Source of the DNA: Felis catus
Taxonomy: Eukaryota
Assembly: GCF_018350175.1 (NCBI RefSeq)
Contig: NC_058369.1
Span: 5,830,001-5,894,000 of the forward strand
Length of the DNA stretch: 64,000 nt
Reading direction: 5' to 3'
In this document: positions 36,171 through 47,374 of the stretch, one piece after another
Numbering within the stretch: the stretch's first letter is position 1
Layout of the letters: every line of letters begins with the position of its first letter
Program-made: the position numbers and the translations under genes
Notes under the pieces: model-generated
What the model saw: the letters and a program-made list of their open reading frames with translations, nothing else
What the model was told of the DNA's origin: nothing
Databases searched by the model: none

Positions 36171-37998
36171 CGTCCAGGGTCCAGGACGTACCTGAGACAG
36201 CGGCGTATCGGGTGCCTACGGATGTGGGGAAGGAACAAAGATCAAGACAGACCCTTCCTCCATGGCCATGGCTTCTCCATTCTCCTGTGTGGACCTGGTG
36301 CTTTAACTGCACTGAGGAGGGTTCTTCCCTCTAAACTCAACCATCTTAAGCCACTGGGCCCCAGTTGAATGGGGGAGTGGAAAGAACCCCCCCAAGATGC
36401 CACCATGAGCCGATGACCCCCCACCCAGCCGAGCTCTCCTTCTCCACAGTGGTCCATGCAAACTTTCTCCTCCGGACGCTCCTCTCTCCTAGACCCCACC
36501 CACCTCTCCTCTGCATCCCACTTGGTCTTTCCTACTGTCCATCCCCTTGGGCCCGTGCCCTACTCTCCCCCTCATTTTTCCAGCCTGGGGTGGAGGGTCA
36601 CGTGCAGTGCAGGTGCGATTCTGTGCCCCACCTTGTTCCCGTACATCATGAGCTCTTTATTTAGCACCACGGTCCCAGCCAGTGGCTCCTCTCTGCCGAT
36701 CTCTGGGAACGTGTGATCCTGCGCCCACTTGATCCTTCTGTAAAATGGGGCTAAGAGGACCCAGCTCAGAGGCTGACTGTGAAGACTGAACTGCATCCAC
36801 ACGGTGGTCCGCCTGGAGGCGGGGAGCCCCTCTTATTCCATACGGTTGCCGGCCTCCTGTCTTTTCTAGCGGACGTGCAATTCACCGAGCCAGCCTCATC
36901 TCTGGGCATTCAGGTTGATGCCAAGCCAAAGGTGAATCACTGAAGTCCACGAGAAGTGTCCTCCGGGGGGCGCCAGGGTGGCCCAGCCGGTTACGCATCC
37001 GACTCTTGACTTCCGCTCAGGTCACAATCTCGCGGTTCCCAAGTTCGCACCCCATGTCGGGCCCTGTGCTGTCAGAGCAGAGCCTGCGTGGGATTCTCTG
37101 TCTCCGCCCCTCCTCCTCTAGCTTTCTCTCTCTCTCAAAAATAAAAAATTTTTTTTTAATTTATAGGAGAAAAAGTAACATCCTCCTGCAGACAGCCCTT
37201 CCACGGGTGACTCAGGATCACTGTGAGTGGTACGACCACAGGGGCAGAATATGAACCCTCTTCTGTGCTGCGCAGGTATCTTAAAATGGGTGTCTTCCCA
37301 ATTTAATGGGGCTGGCGCCCCCGAAGAAAGCCAACGTGGGGGGTTCTGGAATGATCTTCACCTGGACTAGCCCTCATCCTTGGGCCTCGACAACTCGGTG
37401 GGAGAGCTGCTCTGAGGTTTGTTGACTCTCCCCTCCTGCGAACTGTTTTTGATCTTTGCTCCTTTGGTTCTTATCGATTTGTGTGAGCTTTTAATAGACT
37501 GATAACCCCTGGCTTGTTCCTATCACACAACTGGCTCTTGACACAGAGTTCAGGGTGCCCGGAGCGCTCCGAGAAAGGCTGCTGGGTATGCATTGGGTAT
37601 TTTGTCTGGGGAGCTGGGAGGTTTCAAGATTTTTTATGATACAGGGAGTGTGGGTGTTGGGGGGGGGGCAGAACCTGGTAACAGAAACATCCATCCTTTG
37701 GTGCTCCCGCCCCAGCTCATCAGGGGCGGGTGGGAGGCACCGTGCACGTGGACTGTGGCGAGTACATGAGTCCCTGGCCTGCTCCCTGTGGGCTGGAGGA
37801 AGAACAAGGCTGGAGAAGCGTCGCAGAGGCTACCTTCCTGCCAGTGACTCGTGAGCACGAAGTCTCCAGCTCATTTATAAAGACAAGATCAGGGAAGCCA
37901 GTCTGGTGGTTTCTTAAAAAGTTAAACATAGCGTTACCATGTGACCCAGCCATTCCACTGCTGGCTGTACACCCAAGAGCGTGGAAACCATGTTCGTA

Positions 37999-38635
37999 GG
38001 GGCGCCTGGGTGGCTCAGTTGGTTAAGCGTCTGACTTGATTTTGGCTCAGATCTCGACCCTATGGTTCATGGGATCGAGCCTTGCACTGGGCTCTGTGCT
38101 GACGGCACGGAGCCTGTTTGGGGTTCTCTCTCCCTCTCTCGCTGCCCCTCCTTCCCTCTCTTTCAAAATAAATAAGTAATAAAAAATATATATACGTATA
38201 TGTATATATATATACACACGCACATATATTCACATATCTCGTGGTTCGTGGGTTTGAGCCCTGTGTCAGGCTCTGTGATGACAGCTCAGACCCTGAAGCC
38301 TGCTTCAGATTCTGTGCCTTGCTCTCTCTCTGCCCCTCCCCTGCTAGTGCTCTCTCTCCAAAAATAAACATTAAACATTTTTTTAAATAAATAAATGTTA
38401 AGAAATATTAAAAAAATAAAAGAGGGGTGCCTGGGTGGCTCGGTCGGTTAAACGTTTGGCTTCGGCTCAGGTCATGATCTCACAGCTCACGAGTTCGAGC
38501 CCCGCGTCGGGCTCTGTGCTGACAGCTCGGAGCCTGGAGCCTGCTTTGGATTCTGTGTCTCCCTCTCTCTCTGCCCTTAACCCACTCACGTTCTCTCTCT
38601 CAAAAATAAACAAACATTTAAAAAAAAGAAAAGAA
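37999..38635 (+). mobile_element. Cluster of three CAN-SINEs with a (TA)n tract inside an L1 fragment
   Basis: Heads at 37999 and 38424; 5'-truncated copy at about 38236. Confidence 0.85.
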
Positions 38636-39849
38636 AAGAAACATTCACAAAAATCACTGCAGAAAACCCAACAAATACACGTGAAACATCTACAGGCAAA
38701 GCGAGAGACCTCGTTTGGCACAGAAAGGAAAAATCAGAAATCTTAAAAATGAAAACAAAAGTGAGAGTGGCTACTCAGGTCACTGTAGAAACGCGGGTGA
38801 CCGAGTGCATATACCTGGAAGTGAAAGCGATCGCTATGGGCGATATGCCAGGCCACTCCGTGACCCTGGGAGCCAGAGCTACAGGGCCTTTCCTAGCCTT
38901 TGACCTGATGAGAGATAAAGCGTCCAGTGCCCTTCTTGCAGGGGAATGCTTACAGGTCAGTCAGATGCAGAGAGATCGTTCTGGAAAACAAAACTTGCCA
39001 AGCTCGTCCAGGTCAGTGACCCACGTTATCTCAGGTGGTGGCGGTCGAGGAGCCGCGGTTTTCAGACGAGAAGTGGGGCCGTGCTGCTCTTTGGGGCGTT
39101 AACGGCGCCACGTGCTCTGCCCAGTGCCCGCTCCCCCTGTGTCCCTGAGCAGGTGCTGCCACCTGCCTTTCACTAAGAAGCAAACAGAGGCGCAGGGAAG
39201 TTACTAGCACAGTGGTTCCTGAAACAGCCCCGCATCTCTATGCCTGCTCCAGGGACGGGCCTTCCAGGTCAGAAATGTGCACAAATGGGAACCACAGGGG
39301 ACCGACACCCAGAAGGAGCCTTGGCTACCTGGTTTTCCAATTCTGAAATGATCAGAGACCTGAGCTCCAAACCGCTGCTCACCTGAAAATAAACGCTGCT
39401 GCCTGAGAAGAAATATAGCTTCTTATTTCTTTACACAACTGACCTACTCAGTACTCGAGATGGAATCAGACCGGAGTTGGGGCTGTGAAGTGCATGAGTG
39501 CCAGAAGGTTCTCTGGGCTTGTCCAGGCCTGCCCGGCCTCTGTTCTCAGAACAAATATCTGCTTTGGTGCCTCGGCTCTGGGAGCTGACCAGTGAACGGC
39601 TCACTGGACAGCGACACCCATTTCTTATGGCACCAAAATAGCCCCCACCCACTTTGGGAACCCTGTAAATGGTTCAGATGTCACAGCTTCTGATGCGGAC
39701 AGCACAGAGCCCGCTTAGGATTCTCTCTCCCTCCCTCCCTCTCCCTCTCCCTCTCCCTCTCTCTCTCTCTCTCAAAATAAACGTACATACATACATACAT
39801 TTCTCTTTGGCTACAGGACAAATTCTTTTACATGCTCACTGCCTATGGC

Positions 39850-40348
39850 AGGTGTACTGGTTCCTTGAGGCTGCTGTCACGAATGACTGCGATCTTGGTG
39901 GCTTGAAACAAGACACATTTATTCTCCTACGGTCCTAGAGGTCAGAAGTCTGACATCAGTCTTGCCAGACTAAAATCAGGGTGTCAGCAGGGCTGCGGCC
40001 CTTCTGGAAGTGCTAGGAGGAAATCTGTTTCTGGCCTTTTCTAGCCTCTAGGGGCTGCCTGCGTTCTGTGCCTCAAGGCACCTCCTCCACCGTCAAAGCC
40101 AGCAACGGGATCACCGAACTCTGACCTCTGCTTCTGTCATCACATCTTCTCTGACTCTGATCCTCCTCCCCCGCTCTTGTAAGATCCTTGTGATTACATG
40201 TCCCATGCAGATCATCCACAATAATCTCCCCCTCTCTAGATCCTTAATGCCATCTGCAAAGTCCCCTTTGCCAGGTAAGGTCACACAGTCAGAGGTGCCA
40301 AGAGATTAGGACATGGACATCTTTGGGGGCTGTTATTCTGTCCACCAT
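39850..40348 (-). mobile_element. MLT1-like MaLR LTR
   Basis: Same motif order as 33390-33872. Confidence 0.7.
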
Positions 40349-42473
40349 AAGAGAATTCACATACTTTTTCTGAAGAGGGCCCAACAGTAAATACTGTAGG
40401 CTTTGGGGGCCATCTGGCCTCCGTTACCAGGACTGGCTACACAATTTTCAGGGCCCAGTGCAAGATAAAAAGGAGGGGACTCTTATTCGTGTGTTATTAA
40501 CAATTTTAAAACAGTGGGGTGCCTGGGTGGCTCAGTCGGTTAAGTGTCCGACTCCTGATTTTGGCTCAGGTCATGATCCCATGGTTCACGGGTTTGAGCC
40601 CTGCGTCGGGCTCTGTGCTGACAGCTCGGAGCCTGGAGCCTGCTTTGGATTCTCTGTCTCCCTCGCTCCCTCTGGCCCTCCCCCGCTCATGCTCTCTCGC
40701 TCTCAAAAAATAAGCATTATTAAAAAAAAAAGAATTCTAACACGGGGACGGAAGTGCAGAGCCCTATGAGATTATACAGTTTGCACAGCCGTGACGGAGG
40801 CCCTGCCTGAGCAAATCTGCTTCTGTTATGGCCGGAAAGCAGCCATGGGCCACATGCAGACAACAGGCGTCGCTGTGTCACTATCAACCTGATGGCGACA
40901 AGCAAACTGTGATTTCCTCGTGTCACAAGACGCTATTCTGCTTTTGCTTCTGGTTTTGTTTAAGTCGGCTCCACGTCCAACGTGGGGCCTGAACCCACGA
41001 CCCTGAGACGAAGAGTCACATGCTCCACCGACTGAGCCAGCAGGGACCTCCTCTTTCGTTATCTTTTCAACCACTTAAAAATGGAAGCATCGTTTTTACG
41101 TACAGGCCGACAAAACCAGGTGTAGGCTGAACTGAGCTATAATCTGCCAGCTTCTGGTCCACGGGATAAAATCCCATCTCTGCCTGACTCGCCAGGGCCC
41201 TCCGAAGCTGGAGACTGACATCTAGTCCCACCTCACAATCTGCATCCAGCACTCCTGACGGTTCCCGTTCCCTAACAGATCCCCCAAGACAGATCGCGCC
41301 TTCGTGCCCTCGGGCCCCTCCATCCGGAAGCCCCACGTCCCACATGCTCCCACTGTGTTCCAGCTTGGACGCTGCCCTCCACGAGGTGGCTCTGTGCCTA
41401 TCCCGTCACCCTGGCTGGACTTACATGTCTGTGTGTCCTCCTCTCCTTCAGGGAGTGATGTGTTCAAGTGCGGGGGTGCAGGCTAAGTTATCTTTGGGTC
41501 TCCTGACCTCACGGGCCCTCCGAACTTAAAGTGACACCAAGAAGAATCTAGAACTTTGGTAGCTAGAGTGTACTCAGATTCCAACCCCTAAAAACCAAAA
41601 CTACGCTTCTTACCTAAACCAAAAACCAAACAAACAAAACCCCAGAGCGAGAATTTCCTACCTTAAATTCAGACCAAGAAAATAAAGATCTCTGAGACCA
41701 AGCTGACCTGGGTTCCAATCCTGACTGTCCTTGCGAGACATGTGCCTTTGGACAAGTCACGTCCCTTGCACTTCAGATGGAGTCTCGATTCGCCACGGCT
41801 CACCAGGCCGTGTGACTTGCCCCTTCTAGCCCATGAGTCTCCTCTCCTGCCCCTGTCTCCACCACTGGCCTTTTCTCAGTTCTTAAGTGTGCCAGGTTCC
41901 CACCTGCCTCAGGGCCTTTGCACTCGCTGTTCTTGCTGCCTGAAACATTCTGTCCCTGTTTGCCTGGTGACCTACCCTTCCTGCCTCAGCTGCAACCCCA
42001 CTGACCTGGAAAGTCTTCCCTGGTCACTCCAAAATGAAGTCAGGCTCTCCTGCTACATGCTTTGCTGGCACTCTGAACCTCTGCAGACTGTAATTATTTT
42101 GAAATTTTGTAATGATAGTCATTGTGTGATTTCTCATCACTGTTAACAAGAATAGGATTTAATAAGTACTTCATGCCACACTCTGTTCCAAAGGGTCTAA
42201 AAGTGGGTGATTTCATTTAATTCTCCCAGTGCCTTCACAAAGTATTATAATCACCCCCATTGCACAGAAGCTGAAGCTCAGAAACGTTAAATAACTTGCC
42301 CAAGGTTGCACACCCAGTCGATGTTGGAGCTGCCCTGTTAAGCCTGTACCCACAGCTTGACTGGGACTTCCGTGAGGGCAGATGCCCGTTCTAGCACGGT
42401 CACTGTTGTATCCCCAGGGCTGAGCATCTGCACCGGGTACACTGTGAGTGATTAAAAAGTATCGATGACCTAA

Positions 42474-43490
42474 GGGGCACCTGAGTGGCCAGCCGGTTGA
42501 GCATCCGACTCTTGATTTCGGCTTAGGTCATGATCTCCGCGGACCATGTGGAGCCTGTTTGGGATTCTCTCTCTCCCTCTCTCTGTGCCCCTCCCCTGCT
42601 CACGCTTTCTCTCTCTCTCTCTCAAAATAAATAAAATAAACTTAAAAAAAAAAAAAACTTTCGATGACCTAAAAGAAACAACACCCCAGTAGCAACGAGC
42701 ATTCCAAGTGCCCAGATCTTGGTTTCTTTTTATCTTATTTTTATTTTTTATTTCTGTAACATTTATTTATTTTTGAGAGAGAGAGAGACAGAGTGAAAGC
42801 AGGGGACGAGCAGAGAGAGGGAGACAGAATCGGAAGCAGGCTCCAGGCCCCGAGCTGTCAGCACAGAGTCCAATGCGGGACTCGAATCCACAGACTGTGA
42901 GATCATGACCTGAGCTGAAGTCAGACGCCCAATTGACTGAGCCACCCAGGTGCCCCCAGATCTTGGTTTCTAACACTACTCTCTAATAAAAGGAACCAGG
43001 CTGGGAGAAATGACTGATTCTAGGACTGGGGCAGGAAATATGTGAGATAAACCCGAGGCAGCCTGTAGTACCAGAGAGTAAGGAAGTGCTCCCAAGAAAA
43101 CCAAAAAACCCCAAACCAAATACACAGACGGGAATGTGTCGAGGAACCACAGGAGCCAACTGAAAGCACCCTCAATGGCCAAAGCTGGAATAATTCAAAT
43201 AAAATAAAGTAGTATTGGGTCATAGCCCAGAGAATAAAATAAATATCTAGAGATCACACTGATATAATCACATAATGCATAAGCTGGGGGCGCCTGGGTG
43301 GCTCAGTCGGTTAAGCGTCTGACTTCAGCTCAGGTCGTGATCTCGCGGTTTGAGTTCGAGCCCCGCGTCAGGCTCTGTGCTGACAGCTCGGAGCCCGGAG
43401 CCTGTTTCGGATTCTGTGTCTCCCTGTCTCTCTGCCCCTCCCCCACTCACACTCTGTTTCTCTCTCAAAAATAATAAATACACATTAAAA
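42474..43490. mobile_element. Three CAN-SINEs (+42474, -42957, +43287) within old L1 sequence
   Basis: Canonical heads; TSD agatcttggtttct around the minus copy. Confidence 0.85.
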
Positions 43491-43958
43491 ACGTAATGAA
43501 TAAGCTGACAAATCAGGGAGAGAAGAGAAATCTCCCATGCAGAATTCCACAGAATTTACATAGATACCTCACTTAAGGAAGGGGATGTACCTCTTCGCTC
43601 TTTAGGTATGTGCTGCACACAGTGACTTTCTTCCAAAGTATACAGTACAGAGAGGGAGGGGGAAGTAACTTTACAGTGGACAAACCCGACAAACGCTACC
43701 TTGGCCCACGATCAAGGCCAACATCAACAGGCACAGAACACGATGGAAGTATATACCTTTGATGGGATGTGATGAGAGTTACACCTTACATCTGTGGTCT
43801 TCCTCCCCATAAACCCCATCCCAGTCTTACCACAAGGAAAACACCAGATAAATTCTGACAGGGGAGCATTCTGCAATACCTGATCAGTCCTTCTCAAAAT
43901 CATCAAAAACAAGGGAAGTCTGAGAATCTGCCATAGCCAAGAGGAGCCTAAAGAAACA

Positions 43959-44405
43959 GGGCGCCTGGGTGGCTTAGTCGGTTGAGCGACCGACTTCAGC
44001 TCGGGTCACGATCTCATGGTTTGTGGGTTCGAGCCCCGCGTCGGGCTCTGTGCTGACAGCTGTGAGCCTGGAGCCTGCTTCGGATTCTGTGTCTCCCTCT
44101 CTCTCTGCCCCTCCCCACTCATGCTCTGTCTCAGAAATAAACTTTTTTTTAAATTTTTTTTTTAACGTTTATTTATTTTTGAGACAGAGAGAGACAGAGC
44201 ATGAACGGGGGAGGGGCAGAGAGAGAGGGAGACACAGAATCGGAAACAGGCTCCAGGCTCTGAGCCATCAGCCCAGAGCCCGACGCGGGGCTCGAACTCA
44301 CGGACCGTGAGATCGTGACCTGGCTGAAGTTGGACGCTTAACTGACTGAGCCACCCAGGCGCCCCTCAGAAATAAACTTTAAAAAAAAAATTAAAAAAAA
44401 AAAAA
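43959..44405. mobile_element. Nested inverted CAN-SINE pair
   Basis: + copy from 43959; - copy 44146-44365 with TSD tcagaaataaacttt at 44131-44145 and 44366-44380. Confidence 0.92.
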
Positions 44406-46159
44406 AGCAGGGCATCTCAGTGAATAGGATTGTAAAAGTTCTCATTGCAACAGCAACAAGATATTTGTAATTACGGGTGTTAACTAATTGTAGTAATTAT
44501 CTTATGTTATACACATACACCAAATCGTTATGCTGCGTATCTAAAACTAATAGTGTTACATGTCAATTATAACTCCAAAAAAAAAAAAAGGAAGAAAAAA
44601 AAAAAAAAACAGAGTACCAGGACAACCAAAAGTAATGTGTCATCCTGCATGGCATTCTGGACGTTAAGTAAAAAACAAGGAAATCTAGTAAACTATGAAC
44701 TTTGGTTGACATGTATCCCTACGGCTTCGCCAATCCTAACAAATGCATCGTGCTAATGAAAGATGTTACTAACAGGAGTAACTGGGTGTGGGGAAAACGG
44801 TAACTCTGTACTTTCAAATATTTCCATAAATCTCAAACTGTTCCAAAAGACAAAGTCTATTCATGAGAATGATAACAAGGCATAGATGAATAAATGAAGG
44901 ATTTCATTCTTCACCATGGCGACAATGATTAAAACTCCCATCTCGGGGCGCCTGGGTGACTCAGTCAGTTAAGCACCCGACTTCAGCTCAGGTCGTGAGC
45001 TCACTGTTTGTGGGTTCGAGCCCCTCGTCGGGCTCTGTGCTGACAGCTCAGAGCCTGGAGCCTGCTTCGGATTCTGGGTCTTCCTCTCTCTCTGCCCCTC
45101 CCCTGCTCGTGCTCTGTCTCTGTCTCTCTCTCTCTCTCGAAACTAAATAAACGTTAAAAAAAAAATTAAAAAACAAACCAAAAAACTCCCATCTCACAGA
45201 GCTTTTGTGGGGATTACACAGGAGAATGCACATGAAGATTCAGCACCAGATTCGGAGAATACGCCACCACATTTTACTAAATCCACGCCATCCACTAGAG
45301 GAGCCACAAGCTCTATATCACTAAATTAATTAATTTATTTATTATGGTACTAAATTTAAATTAAGTAAAAATGAAGAATGTTAAAAACCCAATGCTGTGG
45401 TGGCACCAGCCACACGTCAAGTGCCCAAAAGTCACCTGGAGCTGATGGCTACTAAATGAGCGGTGATAAAGAACATGCCCATCGCTGCAGGAAGTTCTAC
45501 CAAACAAGGCACTAAACAACGAATGGCAGAATTACTTGCTCAATTCCTGCGATCCCTCCGCACTTGCCATCTTCTCAACCTTCCCCACCTCCCTCTTTCA
45601 AAGGGCAACCCCCACATTCCCCATACTCCCCTTCCCCAATGTACTTTTTCTTCTTACCCCTTTCCACCACTTGATGGGGAATCCGCTTCATTTCTTTTCT
45701 GTCTCCCCAGCTAGCATTGCAGGGTCCAGTGCAGGAGCCACGTGGATGCTGAGCTCTTGAAACGCAGCCGGTGGAACCTGAGATGGGCCCTACGTGTAAG
45801 ACATACAAGATTTCAGAGAGTTGTGGGGGAAAAGAAAAAAAGGATGTAAAAGACCTCTTAAGTTTTTATATTGATTACACGTAGAAGGAACATCTTGCAC
45901 AGACTGAAATAAAACACATCGTTAAAAGTAACTGTTTTTAACTTTTCTTTCCCCTGACACAGCTACTAGAAAATTTAAATCACGCCCCTGGCTAACATTT
46001 GGGGCTAGCATTTTTGCCTGTTCGCTGCCCATACAAGTGACTGGCGTATAGTAGACACTCAATAAAACTTTAATGACTAACTGCTGAGCTGGGCCTCTGG
46101 GAACCCGCTAGCTCCAGTAGTCAACGCTGAATTAAGGCTGACCACGTCCCATGCTCCAC

Positions 46160-46305
46160 CTCCTCACCATACCAGATAAGGAAACTGAGGCCCGGAGAAG
46201 TGACGTCAGTCCCTTCCCAACGGCACGTAGTGCGGAAACGTCGGGGTCGGGATTCGAACCCGGGTCCTGTCCCCACAGCCATGGCGCGCTGACCATTACT
46301 ACCTG
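46160..46305 (-). mobile_element. MIR element 5' half, adjacent to the ELAVL1 island
   Basis: agataaggaaactgaggcccggagaag core; minus strand GGGTTCGAATCC B-box. Confidence 0.8.
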
Positions 46306-47100
46306 GCGGGGCGGCGGCGGGAAAGACAGGCGCGGGTCACACAGCATGCGCTCCACAAGGGGCGCGGCTCTTCGGCCACCGCCTTCCGCCGGCCTCCGTG
46401 GGCTGGGCCCCAGCCGGCCCCCACCGCGGCCATCGCCGGCCACCCGCGTCTCCGCCGGCCGCCGAGCCCTTCGCAGGCGGCGCCAGCCGGAAGTCCCGCC
46501 TCCGCCGCGCGCCCCTGGGCGCCGAGACAGGCACGCCGGCCAATGAGAAGCGCACCGTGGAGGACGCCGGCCAATGGGCGCGCGCGCCGGGGGGGCGTGT
46601 CCGGGCCGCGGGCCGGAGCGGGTCGTGCGCGCTGAGGAGGAGCCGCCGCCGCCGTCGCCGTCGCCGCTGCCGCCGCCGCCGCTACCGAGGCCGAGCGGAG
46701 CCGTTAGCGCCGCGCCGCCGCCGCCCGCCCGCCCCGGAGCAGCCCCGGGCCCGCCCGCCCGAGTCCAGGTGAGGCGGGGGCCTTCGGCGGCCCCCGACGG
46801 GGTAGGCCGCGGCAAGCCTGAGCTCGCCTGGCCCGGCCGCGGGCGCCCGCGGGCCTGCACCGGCCGAGGCCCAGGCCGCACCGGGCCGGGAGGGGACGCG
46901 CGCGGGCCGCGGCGGGCGGGCGGGCGGGGGCCGGCCGGTGTGGACGCCGGCGACAGGCCCCGGGCCGGATTCCTCAGCCGCCGCGAGGGGCGGGCGAAGG
47001 GGACACGGCGTGGGCACGCGCCTGGCGGCCGGGCTCCGCGGCCGGGGCCCTAGTAGTCCTGGGAGCTGGGGAGCCGGGGGCGGGAGAGAGAAGCCAGAGG
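46280..47100 (+). promoter_or_regulatory. ELAVL1: ELAVL1 CpG-island promoter
   Basis: Very high CpG; ETS site CCGGAAGT 46487-46494; CCAAT at 46540 and 46571; no TATA box seen. Confidence 0.9.
46620..46768 (+). other. ELAVL1: ELAVL1 non-coding exon 1 (start approximate) with interrupted (GCC)n
   Basis: CCAG|GTGAGG donor at 46769; only promoter-like island feeding the coding exon at 59500; resembles the recalled human 5'UTR. Confidence 0.8.
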
Positions 47101-47340
47101 CGAGGGAGTGGGGTGAGCGCCTTCAGCGCGCAGAGGTCACGGCCCACAGGCTCGCTCCCGGGGGAAATCCTACAGATTCTTTTGTGGTCGTTGTCAGAGG
47201 ACCGCGGTCCAGCGGAGATCCTTTTAGAAGTGTGCATACCCTTCAGGATGTATGGGAACCCTAGGGGGAAAAAAAAATATTTTTTGAACGCCATCTCTAA
47301 CAAAGCTGTTTTTGGGGCGTGGGACGTTGGGATTTGTAAA

Positions 47341-47341
<1 letters not shown>

Positions 47342-47370
<29 letters not shown>
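47342..47370. repeat. (TG)n microsatellite in ELAVL1 intron 1
   Basis: About 14 units. Confidence 0.95.

Positions 47371-47374
<4 letters not shown>

Noticed and set aside
46132..47053. Long Arg/Gly/Pro/Ala ORFs on both strands
   Set aside because: Expected stop-codon scarcity in a CpG island.
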